Part shown: in pieces, positions 37,056 through 49,357 of the stretch
How the letters are laid out: every line of letters begins with the position of its first letter
How positions within the stretch are numbered: position 1 is the stretch's first letter
Assembly (NCBI RefSeq): GCF_030028105.1
Contig: NC_092391.1
Span: forward strand, 30,105,223 to 30,169,222
Direction of reading: 5' to 3'
Length of the DNA: 64,000 nt
Source: Mobula birostris
Lineage: Eukaryota
Made by a program: the position numbers and the translations under genes
The notes under the pieces: model-generated
Told to the model about the DNA's origin: nothing
Seen by the model: only the letters and a program-made list of their open reading frames with translations
The model's database searches: none

Positions 37056-38837
37056 TGGAATTAGTTGCCCCAGATTTAACACATGCATACTTCACTCTAA
37101 TTTTCAGCTCCCAGCTGTTGCTCTCCATTTCCAACTCTCTTCTGAATTCACAACGCTTCTCTTCATGGCCAGAGCGATGCGTAATAAAGATGAATCAGCT
37201 ACCGTATCTGACACCTCGCTGCACTCACAGGTCAAGCTGAACCTTTAAACAAATGTTTTCTCCATACAATTTCATACAATGAATGGCAATGGTACCAAGT
37301 GTGTAAGGGACGAAGAAAATAAATGCCAGACTTAACATTACTCTAGGCGTGGTACATCTTGGAGCAAAACCTTTATGAATGTGTTTGTTATTCACCAGTA
37401 TTACATTTACAACAAGATTCAGAGAGTCTGATTGTGGCAGCCTAGCGGCAAGTCCTTTCAGGCCTCACTGAAAAATATTGATTTTATTATACTCTTGGCT
37501 GTGGCATGCAGACTACCATTTTAATGTTGTATATTCAGAAAGGAATGAGCACTTGCAACTTACGCATTACACTGTAGAACTAGAGTAAATAGTTTGCTTG
37601 TGCAAGCATCCTGGATATGTTACAAAAACATAAAACTGAGGTGTGGGAGTGGGAAGAAGGAGAGAACTTGATTGACCCTGAAAACACATGGGTTTACTCG
37701 CACAAGTGCTGTAGGTAAGAAAAGGCAGACTCAGACTCAAGCCATAACTGATTAGATACCACCTTCATCTTGGTTTAATTCCCTTCCTGCCCCAGTTTTT
37801 CACTGACTGTAATCTCCCAGTCATTTTTTTAAAATGTTAATGCTAGCCAGAAGTAAAAGCAGAACAATCTGAGACAAGGTCTCCTGTGAGCTGGGGCCAT
37901 GGTGAAAGGGTAGTGGGCCTAACCAACATCAGAGCCTTTTGAACTCTTTGGACTGAAGTAGAGCTTATGAGCTCAGAGTATTGGATTCCTCACAGAAGGA
38001 AAGCAGTCTTTAAGGGGCCATACTTTAAAATATGCCAGAAAAATATGGAACATACCAATTCTCAGTGGGGGTTAGACCATACAGGCTAAAGAAAGATCAT
38101 GAGTACAGTAATGCAGTGAAAGCACTTGTTTATTCATTAGAAAGAAAATCTTTTAGCGACTTTAAAAATAATTTTCTATCGATAGATGTTTTCTTCACAG
38201 CACTAGGTCTTTCTGGGTTGGCAATTTTGGCAGACGTTTCACACTGGTTTGTAGTATTCATAAAATGAAAAAAAAGTGCAAGTTTTAACCTGCTCCCACC
38301 CCAGACAGAGGGCAAAGCTTGCCAGATATCAGAATGGAGGCCCAGTCTGATTTTAAAGGTAGAGTATACATCTTCTGAAAGCTTCAAGCAAATGTCCCTA
38401 GAGAAGAACTTTTTTTTTAGAAATTATACTGAAATAAATTTATTTTAATTCGTGCTTGCCATCTACAGATATGCGGTTAATTCTGGTGCTATTGTTATGC
38501 TCATATAAATAGTTTGTCACACATTTGATGTTCAAGTTACAAACAAATCTTTTTTTCCCTATTTACCAAAAGGCAAAGATGGCAAAATTCCAATCAATTC
38601 TAGGAATAGATACAAGCTTCATTTAATTTGAATGCACTGGAGTTGCTTGCCCAGAGTAAAAAGATACGTACACTAAAGATAGCTATTTATCCTTACTCTC
38701 TCAATTTCTACTAAACAGAGTAAAGTGCCAGCATTTTTGAAACTATTTTGGACTTCCAACAATTGGTCTTTTTAATTAACAAGGATTCCACGTCTATGAG
38801 AAAGTGTTTAAACTTGACTTTCCACTTAGTGACCACT

Positions 38838-38930
38838 ATAGTCCTGCCGAAGGGTTTCGTCCCGAAACGGCGACTGTACTTTTTTCCATAGTTGCTGCCT
38901 GGCCTGCTGAGTTCCTCCAATATTTTGTGT
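38838..38930 (+). repeat. Penelope terminal-repeat fragment with mutated hammerhead core
   Basis: tagtc-CTGCCGA-a-ggg...ccc-GAAA-cggc-gactg, then gctgcctggcctgctgagttcctcc. Confidence 0.7.
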
Positions 38931-39487
38931 GTGACCACTATATCAGGTACCTCCTGTACTTAATAAAGTGGCCACAGAGTGTACATTCATGATCTTCAGC
39001 TGCTGTAACTTATTTACTTCAAGCTGTGCTGTGTTGCATGTTAAGAGATGCTTTTCTGCACACCACTGTTGTAACATGTGGTTATTTGAGTTACCTCATT
39101 ATCTTGTCAGTTTGATCCAGTCTGGCCATTCTCCTCTGACCTCTCTCATTAACAAGGCATTTTCACCACAGAACTGATGCTCACTGGATTTTTTTCCCCC
39201 ACAACATTCTTTGTAAACTAGAGACTGTTATGCTTGGAAGATTCCAGGAGATTAGCAATTTCTGTTGCACTCAAAGCACCCTGTCTGGCATCAGCAATCG
39301 TTCCAAGTCAAAGTCACTTAGATTACAGTTCTTCTCCATTCTCATGTTTGGTCAGAACAACAACAGAACTTCTTGACAACGTCTGCTTGCTTTTATGTAT
39401 TAGGTTGCTACCACAGGATTGGCTGATTAGATATTTGCATTAACAAGCAGGTGTACAGGTGTACCTAATAAAGTGGCCCCTGATTGT
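38931..39487 (-). mobile_element. Internally deleted Tc1-like transposon (copy 2)
   Basis: Reverse of copy 1; TIR gtacctaataaagtggcccctga at 39461-39483 and a TIR-TIR palindrome at 38931-38983. Confidence 0.85.
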
Positions 39488-40002
39488 TTTGACAATTTAC
39501 GACAACATTGAAAACAACATATAATTGACTTCTTAGTCCCAAGAACCACATGAATCAGACCTTTGAAAGAAATAATATTAGAGACTTTTTTTTTCTCATT
39601 TGCTAGTTCATTTAACTTGAGTTTCTTGAGCCTGGATGCTGACCAGTTGAGCATTCACCATATCAGGTCTGCTATGGTTATCACTCGAGATATGTGCACA
39701 TTAATAAGAATATTGACTCCAAAATTGTATGTGGCTCATGGGACCCTGAGCGGTCAACTGAGATAAACTGTGTGGAGTGTCTTGATGTCGTGGAAATAAT
39801 GAGGATTCCTTTAGTGAAGCTGTGGAGATCAGTAATGCAAATTAACCTTAACACCTTTTACTTCACTGGATTCCTATCTATATTTGCCTAGAGAAGTTAC
39901 TTAGGCTGGCATTGTGAATGACCCAAACTAATACTGCGGAGGTTCTGCTCTACAATCTCACTGACATTTCACTTCAAACAAAATTTATTATCTGCTGATG
40001 AG

Positions 40003-40100
40003 GGTCCTAAAGAAGGGGTTTGGCCCAAAATGTCGACTGTTTATTCATTTCCATAGATGCTGTCTAACCTGCTGATTTCCGCCAGCATTTTGTGTGCTTT
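40003..40100 (+). repeat. Penelope terminal-repeat fragment
   Basis: gtcctaaagaaggggtttggcccaaaatgtcgactgtttattcatttccatagatgctg; another remnant lies at ~40530-40610. Confidence 0.65.
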
Positions 40101-40623
40101 GTTTTTATAAGTTTATCACCTGTTGGGTAATTCAATCTATGGTTCATTAGAGACTGTTTTGCTTGCGCTTTTCTCATTTGTTCACCTGCATTCATTTTCT
40201 CAGCTCTGTATCCCATAAACAGCAACTAAACAAAAATAAAGTGGAATTAGCACAGGAATAGCCATCTGCATTCATGCTTTCAGCACAAACCTCCTCCCAA
40301 TGTATTTTCTTCATTTCAATCACTTACTTGTCAAAATAATCTTCTAGTCCTTTCTTTATCAGATACTTATCAACATTTTTCCTAAATGCACTGTGTCTTA
40401 ACCATTCTTTTTGCTGTTGTGGTCTACAATTCACAAATGCTTCAAATGACTTAGTACCTAATGAAGGAAAAGCTGAAGTTCAATAGCAAATTTCAAAATT
40501 TAGATCTAATTTAGACTCACGGGAATAAATTGATGCCACCCGGACTGCTGAGCTCCTCCAGCATTTTGTGTGTGTTGCTTGGATTTCCAGCATCAGCAGA
40601 TTTTCTCAGTTGAAATTAGGGAA

Positions 40624-41308
40624 TTAGATTAGATTATGAGGACACTCAATCCTCGTTTATTGTCATTTAGAAATGCATGCATGCATTAAGAAATGATACA
40701 ATGTTCCTTCAGAGAGATATCACAAAAAAAAACAGGACAAACCAAAGACTAACACTGACAAGACCACATAATTATAACATATAGTTACAGCAGTGCAAGG
40801 CAATACCATAGTTTGATAAAGAACAGACCATGGGAACGGTAAAAAAAAATCTCAAAGTTCCGATTAACTCCCGATCGTTCTCGATAGCAGGCAGCAGAAG
40901 GGAGAAACTCTCTCTGCCATTAACCGCCAGGCACCGATAACTGTCGATGCATTGGAAGCACCCAATCTCAGCTGACTCTGAGTCCATCCAAAAACTTCAA
41001 ACCTCCGACCAGCCCTTCGACACTGACCACCGAGCACCATGTCTGCCAAGCGCTTCAACCCCGCCCCGGCTGCCGAGCAACAAGCAAAGCCGAGGATTCG
41101 GGGCCTTCCCCTCTGGAGGTTCAGGATCATACAGTAACAGCGGCAGCGAAAAAGGCATTTCAGAAGTTTCTCCAGATGTTCCTCTGTTCTCTCACGTCTG
41201 TCTCCATCAAATCAGAATTGTGCATGGCACCCTACTTGACAGATTACAGATATCATTCACCGGAGTGGCCGCGCAAGCTGCCTCGGGCTACCACCTTCTC
41301 CTCCTCCT
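40624..41308 (-). mobile_element. Non-autonomous retroelement with GC-rich head and Rex1/L2-like tail
   Basis: Minus strand starts ggaggaggagaaggtggtagcccgaggcagcttgcgcggccactccgg and ends gacaataaacgagg...ataatctaatctaa; CpG-rich, no credible ORF. Confidence 0.65.
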
Positions 41309-41870
41309 TAGTACTTTTTCAAAAAGCTCTCACTGCCATAGAAGATGCAAAGTGTTCCCCTACTCAAACTTTTGTCACCTACCCTGCTTCATTCCCTAAT
41401 AGGAGATCTAGTATTGCACTCTCCCTAGTTGGGACTTCTATGTACTGGTTAAGGAGGTAGTGAGTAAGAGAGTGGCATATTGCAGGGTGGGAGCTATTCA
41501 AAAAACTGCAAGTCTCATCAGGAGTCAGTTACTCTTTGAAGTAGCAGGTGAGACAGCAAGATCCTGCAAGGCCAGAGCCATTTGAAAACTGCAAGTCTCA
41601 AGGGAGTGAGTCATTGCTTGAGCCTATAAAAAAGAAAGGAGCTGTAAGCGAAGCGGGCATTGTGTGATTAGGGCAATGTTAGAGTGTTTTGACTTTGGCT
41701 CAACAGGCTTGGGCAAAAACAGGTGGAGGTTCTAAATCAGTTTCTAGTATTTTTTTTCTGTTAGTACATAGACAGTAGAGTGGCGGTGGAGAAAAATTGT
41801 TAATCCTCCATACGTCAAGAATCAAAAGTTTAAGTATGGTGGGACTAATGTTCAGAGCTTTGTATATTTC

Positions 41871-42330
41871 TGTTTTTTTGTAATTTATTTTTTATTGAAG
41901 TTCATCATCAAAAAAACATTTCCATAAGATGTATTTCAGATACTGTACATATATATCTTACAGTCATATTTGCCACAAATCTCCACATAATATTTATCTG
42001 AGGTATACAGTTATAGAAAAGAGAGGAAATAAAGAACAAGTAAAAGGAGAAAACTATGTACAAGTAGGGAGTGATTTTTTTTTACAACATATTCATTGAT
42101 TTGTGAGAATAAAATCAGGTCTATGAGGTGTTATGTAGTTAAACCATTTTTCCCAGTATGAATCAAATTGTTCCAACTTATGATTAACAGATGCTGTTAT
42201 CTTCTCCATTTTGTAAATGTCCATTGTAATTTCCATCCATGCGTTCAAAGTTGGGCTCTCCTGTGATAACCATTTCCTGGTAAGGGTCTTTTTACCAGCG
42301 ACCAGCAGTATATTCATTAAATATTTATCT
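41871..42330 (-). mobile_element. L1-clade LINE, 5'-truncated, with 16-bp TSD
   Basis: ORF 42093..42317 LLVAGKKTLTRKW...DIYKMEKIT...W.KW is typical of fish L1 ORF2 ends; AATAAA plus A-rich tail; TSD gagctttgtatatttc at 41855-41870 and 42331-42346. Confidence 0.88.
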
Positions 42331-43048
42331 GAGCTTTGTATATTTCAATGCAAAGAGTGTTGTGGGAAAGGCGGATGAGCTCAGGGCATGGAATAGCACA
42401 AGGAATTATTACATTGTAGCCATTAGTGAGACTTGGTTGTAGGAGGGGCAAGACTAGCAGCTCAGTGTTCTGGGGTTCTGTTGTTTTAGACATAATGAAG
42501 TGAGAGGGACTTAAAAGGGAAGGGTGGCATTACTAGTCAGGGAAAATATCACAGCAGTGCACAGTCAGGACAGATAAGAGAGCTTATCTAGTGAGGCTTT
42601 ATAGGTAGGATGGAGGAATAAGAAAGGTATGACCATATTAATGGACAACAGTCAACAATCCACGGGATTTAGATGAACAAATTTATAGAGAGATTGCAGA
42701 ATGTTGCAAGAAACATCAGTTTGTGATGGGGGTGATTTTAACTTTCCGCATATTGTCTGGGACTCTGATACTCTAAAAAGGCTGGATGGCAAAGAGTTTG
42801 TCAACTGTGCTCAGAAATGTTTCCATAATCAGTATATGGACTGTGCAATACTAGATCTCCTATTCAGGATTGAGACAGGGCAGGTGACAGAATTTTCTGT
42901 AGGAGAACACTTTGCATCTAGTGATCACATTGCTATGAGTTTCAAGATAATTATGGAAAAGGATAGGTCTGCTCTTCCGGTTAGGATTCTAAATTGGAGA
43001 AAGGCCAATTTTAATGGTATCAGAAAGGATCTGGCAAGTGTGGACTGA

Positions 43049-43489
43049 AACATAAGAACATAGAAACATAGAAAACCTACAGCACAATACAGGCCCTTCG
43101 GCCCACAAAGTTGTGCCAAACAACTCCCTAGCGTAGAAATTACAAGGCTTACCTATAGCCTTCTATTTTTCTAAGCTCCATGTACCTATCTAAATGTCTC
43201 TTAAAAGACCCTATCGTATCCACCTCCACTACCGTTGCCGGCAGCCCATTCCATGCACTCACCACTCTGAGTGAAAAAACTTACCCTTGACATCTCCTCT
43301 GTACCTACTCCCCAGCACCTTAAACCTGTGTCCTCTTCTGGCAACCATTTCAGCCCGGGGAAAAATCCTCTGACTATCCACATGATCAATGCCTCTCATC
43401 GTTTTATACATCTCTATCAAGTCACCTCTCATCCTCTGTAGCTCCAAGGAGAAAAGGCTGAGTTCACTCAACCTATTCTCATAAGGCAT
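43049..43489 (-). mobile_element. CR1 3' fragment inserted antisense into the older CR1
   Basis: MPYENRLSELSLFSLE.QRMRGDLIE; same family as 31447..32097; the host CR1 resumes at ~43497. Confidence 0.88.
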
Positions 43490-45985
43490 TATCATTAGGA
43501 TAAGTTGTTTCCTGGCAAAGGTGCACTTGGTAAGTGAGAGGCCCTCAAAAGTGAAATTCCGTGTGTACAGAGTCTGTACATATGTTCTTGTCAGAATAAA
43601 AGGCAAGTATAACAGGTTCAGTGAAACTTGGTTTTCAAGAGATATTGAGGCCCTGGTTAAGGAAAAAAAGGAAGTGCATAGCTGGTAAAGGCAGGCAGAA
43701 TCAAATGAGGTACTTGAGGAGTATGAAAAAAAGCAAGAGAACACTTTAAAAGGAAATCAAAAGGGCTCAAAGAAGACATGAGGTTTCTCCAGCAGACAAG
43801 TTGAAGGAGAATCCTAAGGACTTCTACAGATATATTAAGAGTAAAAGGATCCCAAAAGACAAAATTAATCCTCTGAAAGATCATGGTGGTAATCTATGCA
43901 TGGAGCTGAAAGAGATGGAGAGATCTTAACTGGATTTTTTGCATCGGTGTTTACAAACGTTTGTACTTGAGCAACAGACATAGAGTCTATAGAAGTGAGG
44001 AAATGTAGCAAAGCGGTAATAGATCCTATACAAATTACAGGGGAGGAGGTGCTTGCTGTCTTGAGGCAAATTACGGTGGATAAATCTCTAGGACCTGACA
44101 AGGTGTTCCCTTAGACCCCACGGGAGACTAGTGGAGAAATTGCAGGGGCTCTAGCAGAGATATTTTAAGTATCCTTAACCATGGTGAGCTACTGGAGGAT
44201 TGGAGGATAGCTAATGTTGTTCCGTTGTTTAAGAAAGGTGCTAAGAATAAACTGGTGGGCCTGACATTAGTAACAAGGAAGTTATAGGAAGGTATATAAG
44301 ATATATAAGTAATTGAATTGTCAACATGGCTTTCTGAGTGGCAAGTCATGTTTAACCAATCTTATAGAGCTCTTTGAAGAAGGTAACAGGGAAGTTAATG
44401 AAGGCAAGGCAGTGGATGTTGTCGACATGGACCTTAACAAGGCTTTTGACAAGGTCCCACGTTGGGGGGGGGTGGGTTTGGTCAAAATGTTTAGTCGCTT
44501 GACATTTAAGAAGAGGTAGTGAATTGGATTAGACATTGGCTTCACAGAAAAAGCTGGAGAATGATAGTAGATGGTTGCTTCACTGCTTGGAGGCCAGTGA
44601 CTAGTGGTGTGCCCAAGAGATTGGTGCTGGGTCTGTAGTTGTTTGTCATACATCAGTAATCTGGATGATATTGTGGTAAACTGGATCAGCAAATCTGTGG
44701 ATGACATCAAGATTGGGGGTATAGTGGAGAGTGAAGAAGTCTATCAAACTTTGGAATGGGTTCTGACCAGCTAGAAAAATGGGCTGAAAAATGGCAGATG
44801 GAATTTAATGCGTACATGTATAAAGTGCTGCATTTTGAGAAGACAAACCAGGGTAAGTCTTACATGGTGAGTGATAGGGCACTGAGGAATGCTGTAGAGC
44901 AGAGTAATCTGGGAATACAGAGCAATCTGGGAATTCCTTAAAAGTGGCATCATAGTTAGTTAAGGTTGTAAAGAAAGCTTTTGGCATGTTGGTCTTCATT
45001 AATCAATGTAGTAAGTGCAGAAGTTGGGATGTTATGTTGGAGTTGTATAAGACATTGGTGAGGCCAAATTTGGAGTATTGTGTGCAATTTTGGTCAGCTA
45101 CCTAGAGGAAAGGTGTAAATAAGATTCAAAGAATGCAGAGAAAATTTACAAGGGTGTTGCCAGGACTTGAGGACCTGAGTTATAGGGAAAGGTTAAATAG
45201 GTTAGGACTTTATTCCCCATGATGTAAAAGATTGGGGAGATCTGATAGAGATATACAAAACTATGAGTGGTATAGATAGGGTAAATGCAAGCAGGCTTTC
45301 CCAGTGAGATTGGGTGAGACTACAACAAGAGGTTATGGTTTAAGTGTGAAAGATGAAATGTGAAAGGGAATATGAGTGGGTACTTCTCCACTCAGAGGGT
45401 GGTGAAAGTTTGGAATGAGCTGCCAGAGGGTTCAACCTGAACGTATAAGAGAAATTTAGAAAGGTACTATGGATGGGAAGGGTATGGATGGCTATGGGCT
45501 GGGTGTAGGTCAATGAGACTAGGCAGATTAATGTTTCAGCACAGACTAGACGGGGCAAAGGCCCTGTTTCTGTGCTGTCGTTTTCTATGACTCTTTGTTA
45601 ATTCTCATATGCTATGTGTCTCCCTATGGACAAGGCCGGCTGTGTCTTTCTGAGGTCTGTTACTTAGTTCCCCATTGTGTATAACATGTTGAAGTTTCGT
45701 ATCTTTGACAAACTTTGAAGTGTCTGAGTACCAAGGCTAATGAATTAATATGTAGAAAAATGGACAAAGTTGTTTAAAGCAGTCCCCAGAGATATATTGT
45801 GATAAATAACTGTCCACTGTTATTTTGTACTTTGTCCCTTAGCTGATCGGGTATTGATGCCCAATGTCCCTTTAATCGTTGAGCTTTAATGTTACTATTG
45901 AACGGTAAATTGTTAAAAATCTCTTAAAGTTGATACACACAACAATCACCACTTCTTCAACTCTTTCCAATACTTCTAAATTTAT

Positions 45986-46200
45986 AAACTCTTCTCAGGC
46001 TTCCAGCCAGGTCCAGGTGTTGATTTTAACTGATGTTTCGATGACAAACCCTGCCATCTTCATCAGGAATGATACCTAGGCATGTCTAGTCCAGTGGTAT
46101 ATATACTGAGCTCCCATCATCTGTCCGCTCCTCCAATTTGGTTAGTCCTCAACCAATCAGGTTTCTGTGGTTGCACCTTGTTTAAAATTGTATTCCAGTC
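45986..46200 (-). mobile_element. Second Penelope-like family, terminal fragment with hammerhead motif (46028..46070)
   Basis: Minus strand reads attc-CTGATGA-a-gatggca[gggtt]tgtcatc-GAAA-catc-agtt, followed by ...cctggctggaagcctgagaagagttt. Confidence 0.65.
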
Positions 46201-46399
46201 AGTCTCGCTCTAAATAAGATCTGGAATATGATTTTAAACAGGGTGAGACGGTGCAATCCAAAAATGACAAACAGTGAAGGTTTAAGTTGCAATTTTCTAT
46301 GATAAATTGGAAATCTACATTAAGTATTGGTCTACATGCCAAAGGCATGCTGGGATAGTACTTGGTCTTTCCATGTTCTCTCTGCTGCCCCTCAATATA

Positions 46400-47330
46400 A
46401 GTCAATGGTAGGATAATTTAAGAGGTGGGGACTTAATGGACATTGAGAGAGAATAGGTTACTCTGAACAAAATGGCAAAAGGTAATTGAATGAAATACAA
46501 AGAGCTGGCAAATGAACTTTTCCCTGACATAAGAAACTATGAGAAATGGTACATTGAATATGGGAAAAAGCAGACATATGTGGCTTTAAAACTTAACCAT
46601 GCTGAAGACAAAGTTTTCCAGCTATGGCAAGTTTCCCAGCCTTTTTAATGCCATGGACCCTTAACATTAACCGAGGTTAAACCGAGATTCCCTGAGCTAT
46701 GGTTAAGGCAGTGTCAAATCATAGGAAACAGCTTCCAACATTGCCAAAAAGAAAGATGCGTTACGCCTGAAGATTGGGAAAATTTCAGTATTCAGCAAAG
46801 AAGGAGCAAGAAATCAAGAATGAAGGGGAAAATCGAACATAATAATCCATCAAGAAACATTAAAAACAGGCTGTAAAAGCTTCTCTTTCTATAAAAAGGA
46901 AAGGGTTGGCTAAAGTTAACCAGGATTTATAAAGGACTAAGAAAAGGGGTGCATTATATTGGGGAATAAAGAAAGGGCAGAAAAATCAAACATATATTTT
47001 GCTTCCATCTTCACTGGAAATAATGGACAGTAACAGGTCTAGATTGAAAGAGGAGCTGGAAGAAATCAGTTAAAAACAGATTTGCAGAAATGATTGGGAT
47101 TGAATGCCAACAAATCCGCAGGACCCAATCACTTGCATCTCAAGATTTTGAAAGAAGTGTCTGTGGTGACAGTAGATGCAAAAGTTGATATCTTCCAGAA
47201 TTTCATCATTCCCAGAATGATTCCCACAGACTAAAACATAGCAAATGCAACCATACCATTTAAGAAGGAGAGGGGAATACAACAGGAAACTACAGACAAG
47301 CTAGCTTGACATCAGTGGCATGGGAAATGT
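46400..47330 (+). mobile_element. Old CR1 internal fragment
   Basis: Decayed YFASIFT, NKSAGP..LHLKILKEV and GNYR.ASLTSV motifs. Confidence 0.7.
46628..46694. mobile_element. 67-bp hAT micro-MITE
   Basis: Perfect 8-bp TSD agctatgg (46620-46627 and 46695-46702). Internal ttttaatgccatggac is the reverse counterpart of gtccacggcataaaaa in the 35908 copy. Confidence 0.75.
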
Positions 47331-49237
47331 GAGAAATTTTAAGCAAATTCTGATGGTTCGTAATAGGTTGGCCAGAGACAGCATCTGGAGGAAATCTGCT
47401 CTGCGTTAATCTGATTTTTAGATGCAAACTATTGTTATTTTGGAGGTTTTATGAACAAATTTCCAGACTCACAAACTCTCACTAGTCAAATTTACAATAT
47501 TCAAGTAAAACCAGGCTAGACGGAGATTTGTAAAGCAGCAACCAAAGTTGTATCTGACCAAACCAATCTTATCAAGCATCAGGCACAAATGCCATCATTG
47601 ACAGATGACATTAATCATTGTATTGTACTGCATGAATAAGAAACATTGATGGTAATTGTAGGCTTCTGAGTTTACCTGTTCTAAATCTTCACCAGCAGGG
47701 CCAAAATTTCAAACCAGCAAATATTTCAATGACTTTACACTCTATCCTGTGAGAGCAGTATTAAATATTTTTCAACGCCTGTAATTTTCTACAGAACAAA
47801 TGCAATAAAGTGGATCTGCTATCGAAATTGAGACCTTCATTAAGTTTTAGTTCTCCTAGCTCCCACAATAATGTCGCTTTATTTTTTCATCCTTATACTA
47901 GATGATAGGGTATTATTGTCAATGTGGTAGCTAATGTTTGTTAGTGAGTTGGCGACAGCAACTAGCTATGACACTGTGGGAACTCGATTGAATAAGGTGC
48001 CGTAGACTTACTGAAAAAGTATCTCTTCATCCACAAGTTAATGGGCCAGGGATGATTGAAAGATGTCATATTGATCAGATCAAGAAGCAATTGCAGGCTT
48101 ATCTGAAGAGGGAAGAGGATGTGATAAGAACATTTAGAGTTATCATTAAAATAACAAAGTTCATGAATCTTGGAGCCTGTTTGTTTCTCTCATATATGTT
48201 CGAAGTGGATGAGTACCATGCACAGAGGAATATTGCTGAGCAAGAAGTTACCTTATATTGGTGAATGGATTTGACCCAGGCATTAGATCTATCATGCAGT
48301 ATAAACACTATTTGTGTTGATTTTGTTTGCAGAAGACACTTGGACTGACAAACGTAACAATAAAAATAAACAATTCAGCTCATTAATCTCAAAATTTGCT
48401 CTGTTTTTCTCTCTCCGTAATTGCTGCCTAGCCTGATGGGTATTTCCATTATTTTCTATTTTAATTCAGACTTGCAGAATCTTCAACATTTTACTTTGTC
48501 ATTTATTGAATAATGACCAATAATCAAACCCAATTTGTTATACTTTGAAAAGAATACTTAGAGATTAGAGATTAGGGGCTTGACTTTTTATGAAAACATA
48601 ACACATATTTGAAGCAAATAACACAATAGGATATTGCAGCGAAATGCAAAATTTGAGATAAACTGAGATTCACAGTTTGTGGTTTCTAACTTTTTTTGTA
48701 TATTCTTGGAATGGGGAAGAGATGCACCAACTTCATCCCATTAAAGATCCTTTGTCATCCTAGAATGAAACTCAACAATTGAGTTATAACTGAATAACCG
48801 AGCTTCAGCAATTGCCAAGGCAATAAACGGCACAGGTTGTAAGTTAAAAAGTGCTGTCTGCAGTTGTTAGTGAATCCTTGTCCACCTCATCAATACTTTG
48901 ATTTACTAGATCAGACAGCTAGTGGTTCAATGGTTATTCTTATTAATTTAGTTAGACCTTTGCTTTAAGTACACACTCTAATACTTCTTAAAGGGAAGAC
49001 CACAGCCCACCAACTTTCACTTCCAATAGGTGATAAAGTGTTTCCTCAGGCAGTCACATGCTTTCTCCAACCTATTAATATATTTACACCTCCTTTTAAA
49101 AACAGCTTTTCCCATAAGTTGTGTACACGTTGACTGGCAAATATTACATTGGCAACTGTGTCAAGAAAAAGCATGACTGAACTTTGTGTCCTTCCCAGAC
49201 CAGAAGTTACCTACCTCTGTTCTTTTTTTGTTACGTC

Positions 49238-49326
49238 AGAATCAGAATCAGGTTTATTATCACCTGCATGTGTCATGAAGTTTGTTAACTTAGCAGCAGC
49301 AGTTCAATGCAATACATAATATAGAA

Positions 49327-49357
<31 letters not shown>

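Larger units (their letters stand above)
41820..45592 (+). mobile_element. Long decayed CR1 LINE (EN plus RT) carrying two nested insertions
   Basis: SFVYFNAKS at the ORF2 start, GGDFNFP, SSDH, QHGFLSGKSCLTNLIE, KAFDKVP, DDIKIGG, CR1 tail ctatgactct. 41460-41800 may be its 5' UTR. Confidence 0.9.

Noticed and set aside
47900-48350. Possible very old CR1 RT remnant (FAEDT-like motif near 48327)
   Set aside because: Too degraded to delimit or assign by eye.
48793-48807. aataaccgagct (NNRA) resembling the PAPPA LNR3 exon
   Set aside because: It continues SAIA rather than FCNYDGGDCC and is not preceded by GDNYCD; a chance match.
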